DNA of 64,000 bases from Salpingoeca rosetta (GCA_033442325.1 JAWQFM010000019.1:760823-824822), one strand, 5' to 3'. Shown: positions 1-22,571, counted from the first letter of the stretch. A program made the numbers and translations. Notes: a model not told the origin generated them from the sequence alone.

Positions 1-1804
1 ATCGCCTCGAAAACAGCAAACTGCAGATGGTCGCCGGCCCGCTCAAGGGCCACACAGGTGTGTGCGTGCGTGTGTGTGTGTATGTGTATTTGCGTGTGCG
101 CACGTCTGTGTGATTGTGTGTGTGTGTGTGTCATCACCTGCCCCACCTCATCACCTGACTCCACTGACCTGCTTCCCCGTGGTTCCTTCACAACACCTAA
201 CACGTACCCCTTGTACCAACACACACGCACACGCGCGAAGGCTCTGTGCGTGCGCTGTCGTGGGCTGCGCAGAAGAAGTGGCTGTTCTCGGGCTCCTTTG
301 ACCAGACGGTGATTCTGTGGGACATTGGCGGTCAGAAGGGCGAACGCATCGAGCTCAGATGCCACACGTGAGAACTAATGTTGTGTGTGTGTGTGTGTGT
401 GTGTGTGTCTGTGTCTGTGTCTGTGTCTGTGTCTATTCTGTTGTTGGCCACAATCATCCATCACCTCTTCCTCTCACCCCGCCACCACCACCATCCCTGC
501 CACTTCCTCACCACCACCACCGCCGCCACCACGTCTGTCGTCACCGCTGCGACCAGGTCGCGAATCAGCACGCTGGTGCACCTCCCCGAGGAGCAGACGC
601 TGCTGTCGCTCGGAACAGACGGGCTCCTCGTCATATGGGACCTCAAGACACAGCGCACACCGGTACACACAAACGCATGCACACGTACTTGCCGTGCTGA
701 CTCACGTGTACTGGTCTGCTATTGGGCTTCTCCAGTTCTCCCTCTCCACCTCATGTTCAATTCGCGCATTGCACCCATCCACCCATCTATCCGTCCATTG
801 CACCCATCCACCCATCTATCCGTCCATTGCACCCATCACCTCCACCAGTGTCCCGATTGGGAGGAGAGTGACACGTGCCAGCTGTGCGAGCTGCCGTTCT
901 TCTGGAACGTCAAGAAGATGTGGGAGAACAGGAGCGTCAGTGTCCGTCGCCAGCACCACTGCAGAATCTGCGGGTGCGTTCTGCCTCTGGCTGGCACGTT
1001 GGTGGGGGGGGGAGTGTGTCTGTGTGTGGGCGTGAGTGTGGGTGGCTGTGTGTGGGTGTGTGTGTCTGTGTGTCTGTGTGTATGTGCCTGTGTGTCTGTC
1101 TGCCTGTCTGTATGCCTGTCTGTCTGTCTGTATCCATGTCTCTGTGTCCGTCTGCTTGGCTACAACACAGCCGCGCAGTTGCTGCTGTTCAAGCGACTCA
1201 CCCACCAACCTTCCCCTTACTCTCCACCCCGCCTTACCTGCCTCTGCAGCAAGGCTGTGTGCGACGAGTGCTCGCTCACGCGCTGCACATATCCGATCAT
1301 GGGCTTTGAGACGCCTACGCGCGTGTGCAATGCATGCAAGGAGGACGTTATGAAGGCAGAGTACGCTGATGGGGATGGTGTTGGCGTGTCTGTTGTTGGT
1401 GCTGGCTGCTCGCTGTAGATATTGCTGTGATGGCTGTGGTATTGCTTGGTTGTCCCTTGTTGCAGGTACCATGTCGCGTGCATTAAATAGGCAACATCAC
1501 TTACTGCTCACGCCGTCTCCACCACCACCACCACCACCACCACCAGCCGCACCCCCTTGGCCAAGCGCTTCCCGTCGATTGCGGCCGCTGCCCGCGCGCG
1601 CGTGGAGACGAAGACCAACACGCTTGTCATTTCCTGTGACGACGGCAGCGTCAAGGTCTGCACCCGGGATGGTGGTGGAGGTGCTGTTGGTGATGGGGAA
1701 GGGGTTGAGACGGTGGACACGATTTCGTGCGTCTGTGCGTCTGTGTGTGTCTGTGTGTCTGTGTGTCTGTGTGTGTCTGTGTGTCTGTGTGTCTGTGTCT
1801 GTGT

Positions 1805-1863
<59 letters not shown>

Positions 1864-2189
1864 TCCCCCCTCCCGGTCATCATCTCACGCTGCTACCCCT
1901 TACCCATCACACCAACCCACCACCACCCCACCACCCCCAAAAAAAAAAAATCAGCTCATGGACCTGACGCCAGTGCTGCACCCCGATGCCCGCGGCCTCG
2001 CGTCCTCCGACAGCCCCTCCTCCCACCATCACCACCATCGCCAACAGCACGCGTCGCTGGACGAGGTTGCGCAGCAGCAGCGCGCCCCACCAACAGGGGC
2101 CGCGCTCACGAGTGTCGTCGATCTGACGAAGCGCCCGGACAGCGACGATGATGACGACGACGGCACTGGTGCGTTGCGTTTGTGTGTTG

Positions 2190-2236
<47 letters not shown>

Positions 2237-2273
2237 GGTGAGTGCGTTTGTGTTGGTGAGTGTGTGTCTGTGT

Positions 2274-2317
<44 letters not shown>

Positions 2318-2621
2318 GGTGAGTGTCTGTTAGTGAGTGTGTCTGTGTTGGTGAGTGTCTGTTAGTGAGTGTGTTTGTGTGCGTGCGTGTGTGTATCTGT
2401 CTGCCTCTGTGTGTGCGTGTGTGCCCCTGTCTGCCTCTGTCTGCCCCCTTTCTGCCTCTGTATGCGTGTGTGTGTGCGTGTGTGCACCCCTGCCAGCACC
2501 CAATCCACTTCGCGCCTCACTGCACGTATGTCTCTCGTTATCATTCCCCTTCTTGTTATCAGACTTCTTTTCGCGCATGGACGAGGCCGAAGACGACGAC
2601 CAGTTTACAAAAGCGGCATGA
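1..2621 (+). CDS. WDFY2: WD-repeat and FYVE domain protein (WDFY1/WDFY2-like), 3' part; 5' end lies outside the window
   Basis: Spliced exons (~1-57, 273-367, 557-662, 849-973, 1249-1359, 1547-1655, 1954-2168, 2562-2621) give WD40 repeats ([20 protein letters not shown]; [15 protein letters not shown]) and a FYVE finger with the WDFY-type insert ([25 protein letters not shown]...[17 protein letters not shown]...TRVCNAC). Stop TGA at 2619-2621. Confidence 0.9.
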
Positions 2622-3014
2622 TGCAATCCCACGCACACACATGCACATTCACACATACACACACACACACAACGCCCGTTGTCTTTCTGTACACACAATG
2701 TATACGCCCCCCCCTCCCCTTTCTCTCTCTTTCTCTTGCCGTCATGCCCTTGCCTTGTTTGATTGCATCTGCATGTGTCACGCGTGCGCGATTGCGTGCC
2801 ATCACTGCTTGTCTCGCTTCTTGTGTACATTTCGTGCTGGTGCTGTTGGTGTCAGAATGCGTCATGCCACCATCATTGCTTTGCTCATTCGTTTAGTGGA
2901 TGCGTTTGACAACGAACCAACACTTGTCTCGCCAACGCACGCAACAACCATGACGTGTGTGTGCGTGTATGCGAGTGTGTATGCGAGTGTGTGTGTGCGT
3001 GTGCGTGTGTGCAC

Positions 3015-4123
3015 TTAGCGGGTGAGCGCGGCTGCGTGGTGTTTGATGTGCTGCTCAATGAACGACGCAATGAAGTAGTAGCTGCAATTGGAAACCCATA
3101 TGTGAAGAAGAGATGAGAAAAGGATTCAGTGGAAAGCAAGCAAGGCATTTTTGACAAATGGGTACACACACACACACACACACGCACACACACACACCTG
3201 TGGTCGTATCCCTCGTGCATCTCCAGCCGGATGTTCTTGTGCTTTGGCAGCGACGACGGGCGCAGCTGCGACTCGAGAAACTCGTCAGCCAGACCCTGAT
3301 GATCATGGTGATGGTGGATTGGTGAGGGATGAAGATGACGCGAGACAGTGAGGAAATCAAGATGTGTGTCTGTGTGTGTGTGTGTGTGTGTCTGTGTGTG
3401 TGTGTGTCTGTGTATGTGCGTGACCATCCATCTCTCTCAGTACACGTGTGAAACAATGCCAGCAACAACGACGAAAGCGCCACAAGCGACTACGAAGAAA
3501 CGTACTACAGTATGTACCACCATCATCTTCAACGCCATCATTGGACCAACAGGCCACATCCACAACGTCGCGCTCACCTGTGAAATGAGTATTTCTGGCA
3601 GAGCGTCCAAGTCCGTCTGCGAGAGAAGCATGCATGGATCCCACGCCTGCACACACACGCACACACACGCACGCACAAGGGAGTGAGAAACAGGGTAAAT
3701 GCCCTCATCTATGGTCGCACAACAACGCTTAAACAACAAGCACAAACACTGGAACGCAAATCCATCACACATACACACAACACCGCATAAACAAATAAAC
3801 AAACAAACAAACAAACAAACAAACACGCGCAACAAACCAACCAAGCCCCGACAACACACGCATTCCGGGCAAACGCACCTGCCACGTTGCCTCGTCGTCA
3901 CCGAGGTAGCCACGGAACGCCTTCTGGCCCCAGGCGCAATTGATCGGATTGCAGATGGGAGAGAAAGCGGACACGGTCTTGTACTGCGTTGGGTTCTTCA
4001 GGTACAGGTTGAGGGCACCAAGACCACTGTTTGTGGACGTGGAGCATTGTGGAATGGTGATGGTGGTGGTGGTGGTGGTGATGGTGGTGGTGATGATGGT
4101 GGTGGTGATGATGATGGTGATGG

Positions 4124-4158
<35 letters not shown>

Positions 4159-5848
4159 GTGATGATGATGGTGCATTGTGGTGATGGTGGTGGGGGTGCA
4201 TTGTGGTGGCAAGGTGATGTGATGGAAGGAGACGATGTGCATCGAGGAAGCACTGCAGCAATAACAACTGATGACACTTGGCATGCAAACACATGTTGAC
4301 ACACATGCATGTGCGCACATGAACACATGCACATGAGAACGTCCGCGCATGCGCACATGCACATGCACAAGCACATCGCCATCAACATCTCCACCACCGC
4401 CATCGATCAACACCGCACCCCATGCTGTGGCCGAGGATGGAGCGGGCAGCGGGGAGGGCGGGGAGGTGCTGCTCAACAAACGACGGCAGCTCCTGTCCCC
4501 ACACACACGCGCGCGCGCATTTCAATACACACGCACATACCCACATACCCACATACCCACATATCCACACGCACACACACACACACACATGCATGTAAAT
4601 ACACATACACGCCCACCCACGTGTTCACGTGCTTGTGATTCGGCAAACGTGTGGTGTCGCTTACCTGGGTGATGTACTCGTACATGTGGTAGTGGTCTTT
4701 GTAGTGCTCCGTCGTTGCCGAGATGTAGAACCCAGCGCCTGACAATTGCACGTGCGACGGCGGGAGACGTGCAAAGCGACACGTGGGCGCTTCTTGTGAA
4801 CACTCGCAGCAAACAAGCTTTCATACACTCACACACTCACACACTCACACACTCACTCGCGCAGGGCTTCACATGTCCAAGACAACTCCCGTCCACAGCG
4901 TCACGGACCGGTGCCAAAGTCGTACGCGTCGTCCTCGCCAGGAAGGTTGCATCCACCTGAAGATGCGAGTTGGCACGTGATGAGCACAGCTGTATCATTC
5001 AATGAAACAAGTCCTCACGTCCACACACATCCACACACACACACACAGGCGCGCATACATACAAGCGTGCACCACGCACGTACCAACAAGCCTCACACTT
5101 ACGAGGGCTGGTATCTGGGCACACAACCATGAGGTTGTTCTCTGCCAGGTACTTCTGAGCACCGGCTTTGGTGATGAAGTTGGTATCATCGCAGGTCAGT
5201 CCCGACAGCCAATACATGGTCTGTGGCACAATTCAACAGCCCCAAGCAAGATGAGAAGATTGAGCTGCAGCGCAATCGAAGAACACGCGAGCGTGCTGCA
5301 GTTATAATCTGCAGGCAATAGCCACAACTGACGTCCACGTCAGCAAGCAAATGGACTCACGACGAACAGCAAAAACAACTTCGCGCTGCGATGGAAGTAC
5401 GACACAGAGAGTGTAACTCGCAGGAACAGCCGTGAACGCACTGGGCATTTGGCAGCAGGGTCTGTCTCGCAAACGGGGGGCGTGTAGACAGCAAAGCCCA
5501 TGTCGCACTTGAGGGTCTCGGCATAGTGCCTGTATCGGGTAACGTATCCGCCAAAGCTCTTGCTCCTCGCAACAATCTCCAGCGCAGCATCACTGCCGCT
5601 GGCCTTGCTGCTGGCCAGGCGCACACCACCTCCACGCTGTCGTCAAAGAATACAACAACAGGAAGTTCATGAGTACGTTGGGGGACTGCATGTTCGGTTG
5701 TGTGTGTCTGTGTGTGTCTGTGTGTGTCTGTGTGTGTCTGTGTGTGTCTGTGTGTGTCTGTGTGTGTCTGTGTGTGTCTGTGTGTGTCTGTGTGTGTGTG
5801 TGTGTCTGTGTGTGTCTGTGTGTGTGTGTGTGTCTGTGTGTGTTGGCG

Positions 5849-5881
<33 letters not shown>

Positions 5882-6035
5882 GCCTGTCTGCCTGTCTGTC
5901 TGTCCAACGATTGTGTTGCATCATTTTCAAGCAAACAAGTACGAGCCCATAAAGGCGACAACACCGCCTGCAGGATCGTACCAGCAGGGCAGGCACAACA
6001 GTGCCAGTGGCCCGAGCAAGACGAAGCAGTGTCAT
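3015..6035 (-). CDS. ESD: S-formylglutathione hydrolase / esterase D, about 10 exons
   Basis: Exons encode [53 protein letters not shown], the nucleophile motif [15 protein letters not shown]...WGQKAF and [13 protein letters not shown]. Stop TAA at 3015-3017. The ATG at 6035 joins in phase 0 to the exon starting near 5636; the start is less certain than the body. Confidence 0.93.
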
Positions 6036-6167
6036 CGCCTTCCTTCTTTCGCGCTGCCAATTGTAGAAAAGTTGTGGAAATTGTACACAACTTTCAAGCC
6101 AAAGAGGCACAAAAGACAACATCCAACCAATCCATCCCTCTCTCTCTCTCTCTCCTTGAGACGACCA

Positions 6168-7874
<1,707 letters not shown>

Positions 7875-8291
7875 CCCTCATGTGTGTGTCTGTGTGAGAG
7901 AGATAGAGAGAGAGAGTGTGTGTGTGTGTGTGTCTGCCTATGCTTCTGCGTGTGTATGTGTGTCTGTGTGTGTGTGTGTGTTTCTGTGTGTGTCGACGTA
8001 TCCCCTGTGGTTGTTCAATCGCCACTGTGGCGTCTCGACAACGCTCTTCGAGTGGTCTCAATGCATCAAGCAGCAGTCACGTGCATTTATGGTTATCTGC
8101 ACTCTCGCTCCCTTGCGCTGTTACCTTTATTCCCACACTTCTTTGCTCTTGCTCCTCTGTACACACGCAGCAATGAATCCTAACATAAACGCGTCAGCAA
8201 CCACACTCAACATCACATACACACAAACATACCCACGTCATTACGTCATTGTGTGTGGGTGTGTGTGGGTGCGTGTGGGTGCGTGCGTGCG

Positions 8292-12897
<4,606 letters not shown>

Positions 12898-12985
12898 CTT
12901 GCTTCTTGCTTGCTGTTTTCTTGGCTTGCTTGCTTCTACTTCTTGCTTTTTTTTTCTTGTGAGTGTGCCGACTGTGTGTGTGCTG

Positions 12986-13048
<63 letters not shown>

Positions 13049-13326
13049 ACTCTGTGTGTGTGTGTGCGTGAGTGTGCTGGCTCTATGTGTGTGTGTGTGT
13101 GTGCGTGTTTTGGACGGGTGGAAGCACCGTGTTGGGCACTAGGGTATGCGGAAGAGGGTCAAAGTTCATGGCTCACTCACGCCTGTGACGCTGTGTCTCC
13201 CTTTGGCCATGCATCAACACCCAGCCTCCAGACACAAGCATCAACCAGGGATCGGAAAGGGATCGCTCGCTCGCTGACTGCCTGCGCACCGGGCCTTGGA
13301 CAAGTTGTGGATCAGACGACACGACC

Positions 13327-15790
<2,464 letters not shown>

Positions 15791-16845
15791 ATTTGGTGTG
15801 GGTCCGACTTTCAAAGTCGCCAAGCTTCCCCAACACGTTTCCTTCCCACAAACCTGCGCCCACCAGCACCTGCGCCTGTTTTGCATGTACCTCTTCGCAG
15901 TGCGTGCGAACACGTTGTGTGTTTGCTTCTCGAGCTGCGTGCATTTTTTGTGTTCGTTCTTCGCTCGCAGTCCCTCCTAGCAAAGCCCAAACCCGCCAAC
16001 TGCAATACAGCCACCCGTCCAACGGTGCTCCGTATTGCCCCCACTACCCTACCAGTTTGTCCCGCATCACATCTGCACGTGATCGGCTTTGAAAGCCAGT
16101 CCCACCGTCAGCATTCGGAAGGTGTGTCCCACACTGCCTGTGCATGCAGAGATGCACGGGAGTAGGTCAAGCACTTCCATGCAGTTGATTTTGTTGCGTG
16201 TTGTGATGGGACATCATTGGTCGCGCGTGTTCGTGACCACGCACATGCGCGCTCATGAACATCGGCTTTGGAAGTGTCGGCAGCACACGCTCGTGCCTGC
16301 GTGCCGTTATGTGCGGTTGTGCGCGCCGTTGGTTGTTCAAAACGAAAACGATCCAACCACACCACACACTCTCTCCTTCTCATCCACAACCGAAACGATA
16401 CCAACAGCACGCACAGCATGCATACATGCATGCTGCTTGCTAACTTCTTCTTGTGCTGGGTTTCATAATGTGAGGGCAGCACACATACGCACATACGCAC
16501 ACATCTTCTCACCTTCTTCCCTCTTACCATGCGTGCCACCATGCGATGTCGTTGTTCCCCGCTTCCCGTGTGCGCAGCACGGCACAGGAGATTCGTTGGA
16601 AGAACCTGAGCGCGTTTGCATGCAGTTCACGCCTCCAAGCAACAACTGGAACGAAACTACCAGCAGGTGCGCGTCCCACTCGCCACTTGCACATCCGCAT
16701 GTCCACGTATCGAAACATTCCACCGAGACAAAGACGCCTGAGATGTGGCGTTGCATGTGCCACCTAAACACATCACCACAACTGGAGTGGGGGTGGCTTG
16801 GTTCGCGGTTTGTGTGCAACCACCACGAGACAATCCCCAACTCTG

Positions 16846-16905
<60 letters not shown>

Positions 16906-18470
16906 TTTGTGACAGGTGTGCGTGTGTATACTAGTTGCGTGTGTGTGTGTGTACTTTCATCGCGTTCTTCGTTTGATCACACTCCACCTTCACACTATGA
17001 CAAACCAAGCTCCCAACCGCACACAGCCACACAAACGCACCCCCTCACTCGCACCCTCACTCGCGCCCTCACATTTACACGCACGCAGATGCTGATCAAG
17101 CTCCGCGAGTGATCAGTCGTTCATTCAAACTGTGGATCAACCATTGTCCAAGACTGCTTCGGCTTGTCCCCGCTTCGATCACCAACCGCAGCCACCCACC
17201 CCAAGAGCAGCTAAACATTCTGCGTCGCCGTTTGTCCACCTCGTGGCTCGCACCTTGCATCCACCACGTCCAACACGACGCAAGACGCGAAGGCGCTTTC
17301 CCCTTTTCTTCCTTTTCCTTCGCCTCCCAACCCGCCAACTCCGTGAGTCAGCCAGAAGCCATTGGCTGCGAGCAACCTGGCAGCGCGCACTGAGGTCATT
17401 TTCTCATGCACTGGAGTGAGACATCGCTGTGGCTGTCTTCTTCCTGCGTTTCCCTCCTTCCTCTGCGCCCTTCCCTTTCACGCCTCTTGACTTGTAAGCG
17501 CGTGACGGTGACTGTGAGTGGTACTCGAGTGGTGGCGCAGTGATCCTCACCTCCACATGTGTGTGATCGACACAAAGACGCGCCATGCCTGGCGCTTCCT
17601 CCCTTCACACGTTTCTTCTCCCTACACATGTTCTTCTCTCCCTTGCTTTGTCCCTGTCTAACCCCCCACCTCGCCCGATCATTCCACATCGCCGTTGCTG
17701 CATCCCAACTTTGTGCTCATTCACACCTTCCACCAACCCCACCTTCTTCTTCCTTCTCCCGCTCTCCTCTCAGGACGGTCACCCCACGACGTCAGAAGTA
17801 CACCAAAAAGCACCAAGCACCGCCAATCCACGGATTTGTCCTTCTCTTTGAAAAGAGGGATATTCATTCCTCCTCATCCTCATCAGGTAAGCATTGCACC
17901 ACCGCTTCCTTTCCCTTTCCCGTACAAGCACCACAGTCATTGTCACCCATGGGCCACCTCCCTTCGCCCCTACAACCATTTCAAACGGCAACGACGTCCT
18001 TCTTTCGTTTTGACAATTTTGACTGGACTTGTCTGTTGCGTGCCTTCGTGGAAACCGTGTCCCCCAACCTCATATGGGCCTGTCTGTGCAAATGCACCTC
18101 TCTGCACCAAAGCCAGACAACACAACATAACAACCACGCCCGCGCTTTTCAGCCGTGCTCATCAACACTCAACTCACCTGTATGTCTCCCTTCAATGTTG
18201 AATTCCTTGTTGATGGACGCACTCGTAGGCACACGCAGACTCGTGATCAGCCGATCAACCAAAACCGAAAGGCACGTCGCCCAAAACAACCGTTCTCTCA
18301 TCAGCATCCGCGTATCGTCATTCCCTCTCATCCGACAAGACCCCCGTCACTTTGACTCTTCGACCTTCAGCCCAATTCCAAGCCGTTAATCGCCAACAAC
18401 AACAGCAGCAGCAGCAGTAGCAGCAAAGGCATTAGCGCTCTGCTGATCAGCCAATCACTTCAGTCCGAAG

Positions 18471-18663
18471 ATGGACGGCCAGCAGCAGCCGGCACCGGCG
18501 CAACACGGTGCCCCTGACGCAGCCCTGCTCTCCCAGCTGCTCAGCCAACTCAACTCCACCGCATTCCCGCCAAGCAGCGCCGCAATGAACGGACAAGCAC
18601 AGGACGTCGTGCTTCTGCAATACCTTCAGGCCCTGGTGAACCAAGCCCAGCAGCAGCAGCAGC

Positions 18664-18709
<46 letters not shown>

Positions 18710-19151
18710 GCAGCAACAGCAACAACAACAACAACAGCCGCAGCCGCAGCCGCAGCCGTCGCAAGCGCATCAAGCCCAAGACCAGCACGGTCACGGTTTT
18801 CGGGTACAAGCACACGACCCCTCCTTGCAGAGCCAATTTGCGCAGTCAGGCGTGCCAGCAAATCAGAGCGATCATGCTCAGCTTCATCACCACCATCCCA
18901 CGCATAGAACGCAGCCCACACCAGGACCCTTTGCAGATGCGGCACTGGCCCCGCAATCCACAGCGGCAATGGCCCAACATGCTGGTCTGCAACCGCAGCA
19001 GCATCAACATCAACAACCACAACATCAACAATGCGCAAGGTGGCCGTCCTCATCACCGCCCCACTCACTCCCATCAAGCGTGTCGACGCAAGCTGGCCCG
19101 GCACAGTTGCTGGACTTTGGCACTTTCGGCTCGCAGCAGCCACAGCCACAA

Positions 19152-19189
<38 letters not shown>

Positions 19190-19883
19190 TTTGGACAGAC
19201 ACGCCAATCCCTTTGCCCTCCCTTTGTTGACGTCATCAGGGCCGTCGACAAAAGCGCCATCGCCGCCATCAACGCTGTTTCCGCTGACAGCAAACGTGCG
19301 TGATCTGGCAGATGCGCAGCGACAGGACGACGACCATCTTCGCTTTCTGCAACAGATGGCCATGACCAGCCCATCGCCCATGAACCAATTCAGCCACCAC
19401 CATCAGCCACAACAGCAGCAGCAACAAGCGCAACCCCCGCAACCCCAGCCTGTCACGGGCCACGCAAACTTCATGCACATGCAGCCGACCACACTCTTTG
19501 GCGGCCCCAGCGATGCTGGATGTGTGGCACAGCATCCGCTGCCAATGCCGCTCCCGATTCCCCTCGTCACCACGACGCCGGCCGCTCTCGTGTCGACCGT
19601 CGGGCACGTGCCCACGCTCATGCCCTCGATGCCGTTTGCCACAGGCTACTCCCACCACCACCACCACCAAACGTCGTTCTCGCCTGCAGGAGGCCTGGAT
19701 GCGCAGCACGGCGGCCACCGACGTGGAAATGGCCGACACGGCCGGCGGCCCCGAGGGGAGCCATCGGCTGAAGCGCACATCCGCCAAGTCTGCGAGGGTT
19801 GCGGAAGCGTCAACTACGTCACCAGGTATGCTAACATGCATAGTGTTGGCGTGGCGTGTGCTGTGTGGACAAGGCTTGCCACA

Positions 19884-19914
<31 letters not shown>

Positions 19915-20046
19915 CAAACAACAGACACACAGCTGACGATACCTTTTTCGTTTCGCTCAGATCTCATTCGTCACTTGCGATTTTTTTCCAACAGGGCTCC
20001 ACCAAAAGACAGGAAAATCATTTGCAAGCAATGCCGAAAGTCAGTA

Positions 20047-20091
<45 letters not shown>

Positions 20092-20446
20092 TTATCTGTG
20101 GTTGGTTGTATGATGGCTGGTGGGCGAGTCTGCTGAAGCTTTGATCCACCGTGTGTGTGTTCTGCATTTGGGTGGTTTGCCTCCCTTTTCGACTTTTCGT
20201 TTCGCCCACTTGCTCACTCATCACCACCACCACCACCCTCTCCTCTCTGTCACTTTCGTCGTGCTGTCTTGCTGCGTGAGCAGCAGCCTGCGCCCACGGG
20301 TGCAGCGCGTCTTCAAGAACATCAAGGCGCATGAATTCGCCGACTTCACCGTCAAGGACCTTGTGAAAGGTACGCCGTCGCTTGTGCTGCACTGCGACCG
20401 AGACATGTCCGACAGAGGGAGGGGAGGATGAGAGACAGACAGATAC

Positions 20447-20529
<83 letters not shown>

Positions 20530-21878
20530 TATTTGTAGAGTGAAACACGTTTGCATGTCTCGAAACGCGTCATGGCTTTCCCTGCTCTGCTCCTCTCACT
20601 GTGTTCCCGTGTCCACCTTTCTGTTAATCCATCTGCGTGTTTCACATTCCCATCCATCATCGCCCGCAACCACACATGCGCCCATACACGCAACTCCCTC
20701 ACCCGCGTGCACACTCTGACCCTGGCTCGCACCCTGACTCTGACGTGCGTTTTGCGTTTTTGTGTTCCAACAGCCATCACGGCCATGGCTGCCCCCTGCC
20801 CAACAGGCTTCAAGTGCCCCGTTGACATTTTCCAGAACCAAAAGTGTAGGTTGTCATGAAGCATAGATGCCCGCTCCCTTGCTCAAACCACCAATGCGAT
20901 CGGATTGCTCTGCTGTACCTTGATCATGGCGCCAAGCAAGTCCCTTTCATTCCTTTGTTTCGTCAGAGCTGTTGTCTGTCACTGCGCGCACGGATGTATA
21001 CATGTGTGCGATTCCTTCGTTTTGCTATGCCAAAAGAACCACACGAACTGCACCAACACTCACTCGTTCATCCCTCTCCGTCATCTGTGTGTGCTCTGCA
21101 TGCTCTGCATGTGTTTGCCTCTCCTTCAGCCCGCTGCGTCACCTGCCACGCCCTCCATTTCACCCGCGTCTTCCCCGACGAGACCGCTTCACGTGAGTGC
21201 TCACTTGTGTATGTGTGCGTGTGTGTGCGCGCGCGCAAGTGGGCGTGTGGTGGCTGTCTGGGCAAGCGCACATACGGGTGAATATGCAGGTGTGCATTTC
21301 TCGAACTGTTGTTCTCTGTGTGTTGTGCCATCACGAGCTCAGGTTTGGGCGCGGCTACCATCCCTTGTTCATGTCATCGACGGTTGCTCTCACGTCACCG
21401 TCACAGCACTTTAATCAATCAACACTTACCCATCAATCAAACTAACCCCACGACAAAACTCGCTGTTCCATCTAGTGCTGCGGGTGTTCAAGAAGCGCAT
21501 TTGTCGCTCCGTGGGGTGCCAGACAAACGGCCGACCGGAAAACGCTGTCGTGCGCGTGACCGATTTGTTCAAGAAGGACTCCAAACGCCGCCCAACATGC
21601 TTTGAGGTCGGCACCAGCACACCGGAAGAATGGGCCGATCTGCCTGCCCTCAGGGGAGGCGGCCGTGTGCAAGGCGGACAAGACGACAGCAGTGCACGCC
21701 CGTTGCCGCCAGCGCCGCTCTCGCCCACACCATCCTCGATGGAGCGCATGCTGTTTCCCTTCTCTGCGCAGGACGGCGACGGGCCCATGGATGACATTGT
21801 TGATGACGACGACTTTGCTGTTGACGACTTTGGTGGCGGTGGCGGCCGCGTCGATGTTGGTGATGACGATGGTGCCAG

Positions 21879-21909
<31 letters not shown>

Positions 21910-22202
21910 GGTGGTGGTGGTGGCGCTTGTGGTCTGGCTGACGTTGGTGGCCGCCGTGTCACTGCCACCAGTGCTGGAAGTGCCACAACCACAGGTCTCC
22001 TTGACCGCGGCATCTGCGACACAGACTCGGACGAGATGCTGGCCGTTCGCCTGCCCGGAGCAGACGCCGCCACGGGCACGAAGGGCACGGCACCGCGCTT
22101 CTCGCGTGCGGACGGATCTCGCTTGTCCGTGTCACCGCCACAGCGGCGATCTAGCGACACCAACACCAACATACTGCTGGCGGCGGTGCGGGACCTCATC
22201 CC

Positions 22203-22234
<32 letters not shown>

Positions 22235-22530
22235 GTGTCAATTTCAACAATGGCGACGATGATGGCAGCCGCCGCCGCGGTGACCGTTTCGTCAATGGCG
22301 AGCAGGTGGCCAAACGCGCCCGATACGCGAGCAGCGCCGGTGCGAACGTGGACGGCAGCCAAGCCATGGAGAACACGGTATTCAACGGGTACGAGCCACT
22401 GCTGCAGACACCAAGCGCGTCCACATCCATGCAGTTTGTCGGGCCTGACGCTGGCGGCGATGACGGCATTGTCGATGGTAAAGATACCGCTGACTTTATG
22501 GCGTCTGTCGACGCATCATCCAACCTCTGA
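18471..22530 (+). CDS. Uncharacterised ~890-aa polyQ/Pro-rich protein with two C4 zinc-finger modules; putative transcription factor
   Basis: Six phase-consistent GT-AG exons: 18471-19825, 19995-20039, 20287-20369, 20774-20845, 21130-21192, 21476-22530 (2673 nt, divisible by 3). Core: CEGC-x17-CKQC...CPTGFKC-x11-CVTC. Q-rich N-terminus, acidic D/G-rich C-terminus. Confidence 0.75.
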
Positions 22531-22571
22531 CGACTTTATGGCGTCTGTCGACGCATCATCCAACCTCTGAC
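22492..22571 (+). repeat. Perfect 40-bp tandem duplication spanning the stop codon
   Basis: gactttatggcgtctgtcgacgcatcatccaacctctgac occurs twice in tandem (22492-22531 and 22532-22571). Confidence 0.95.
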
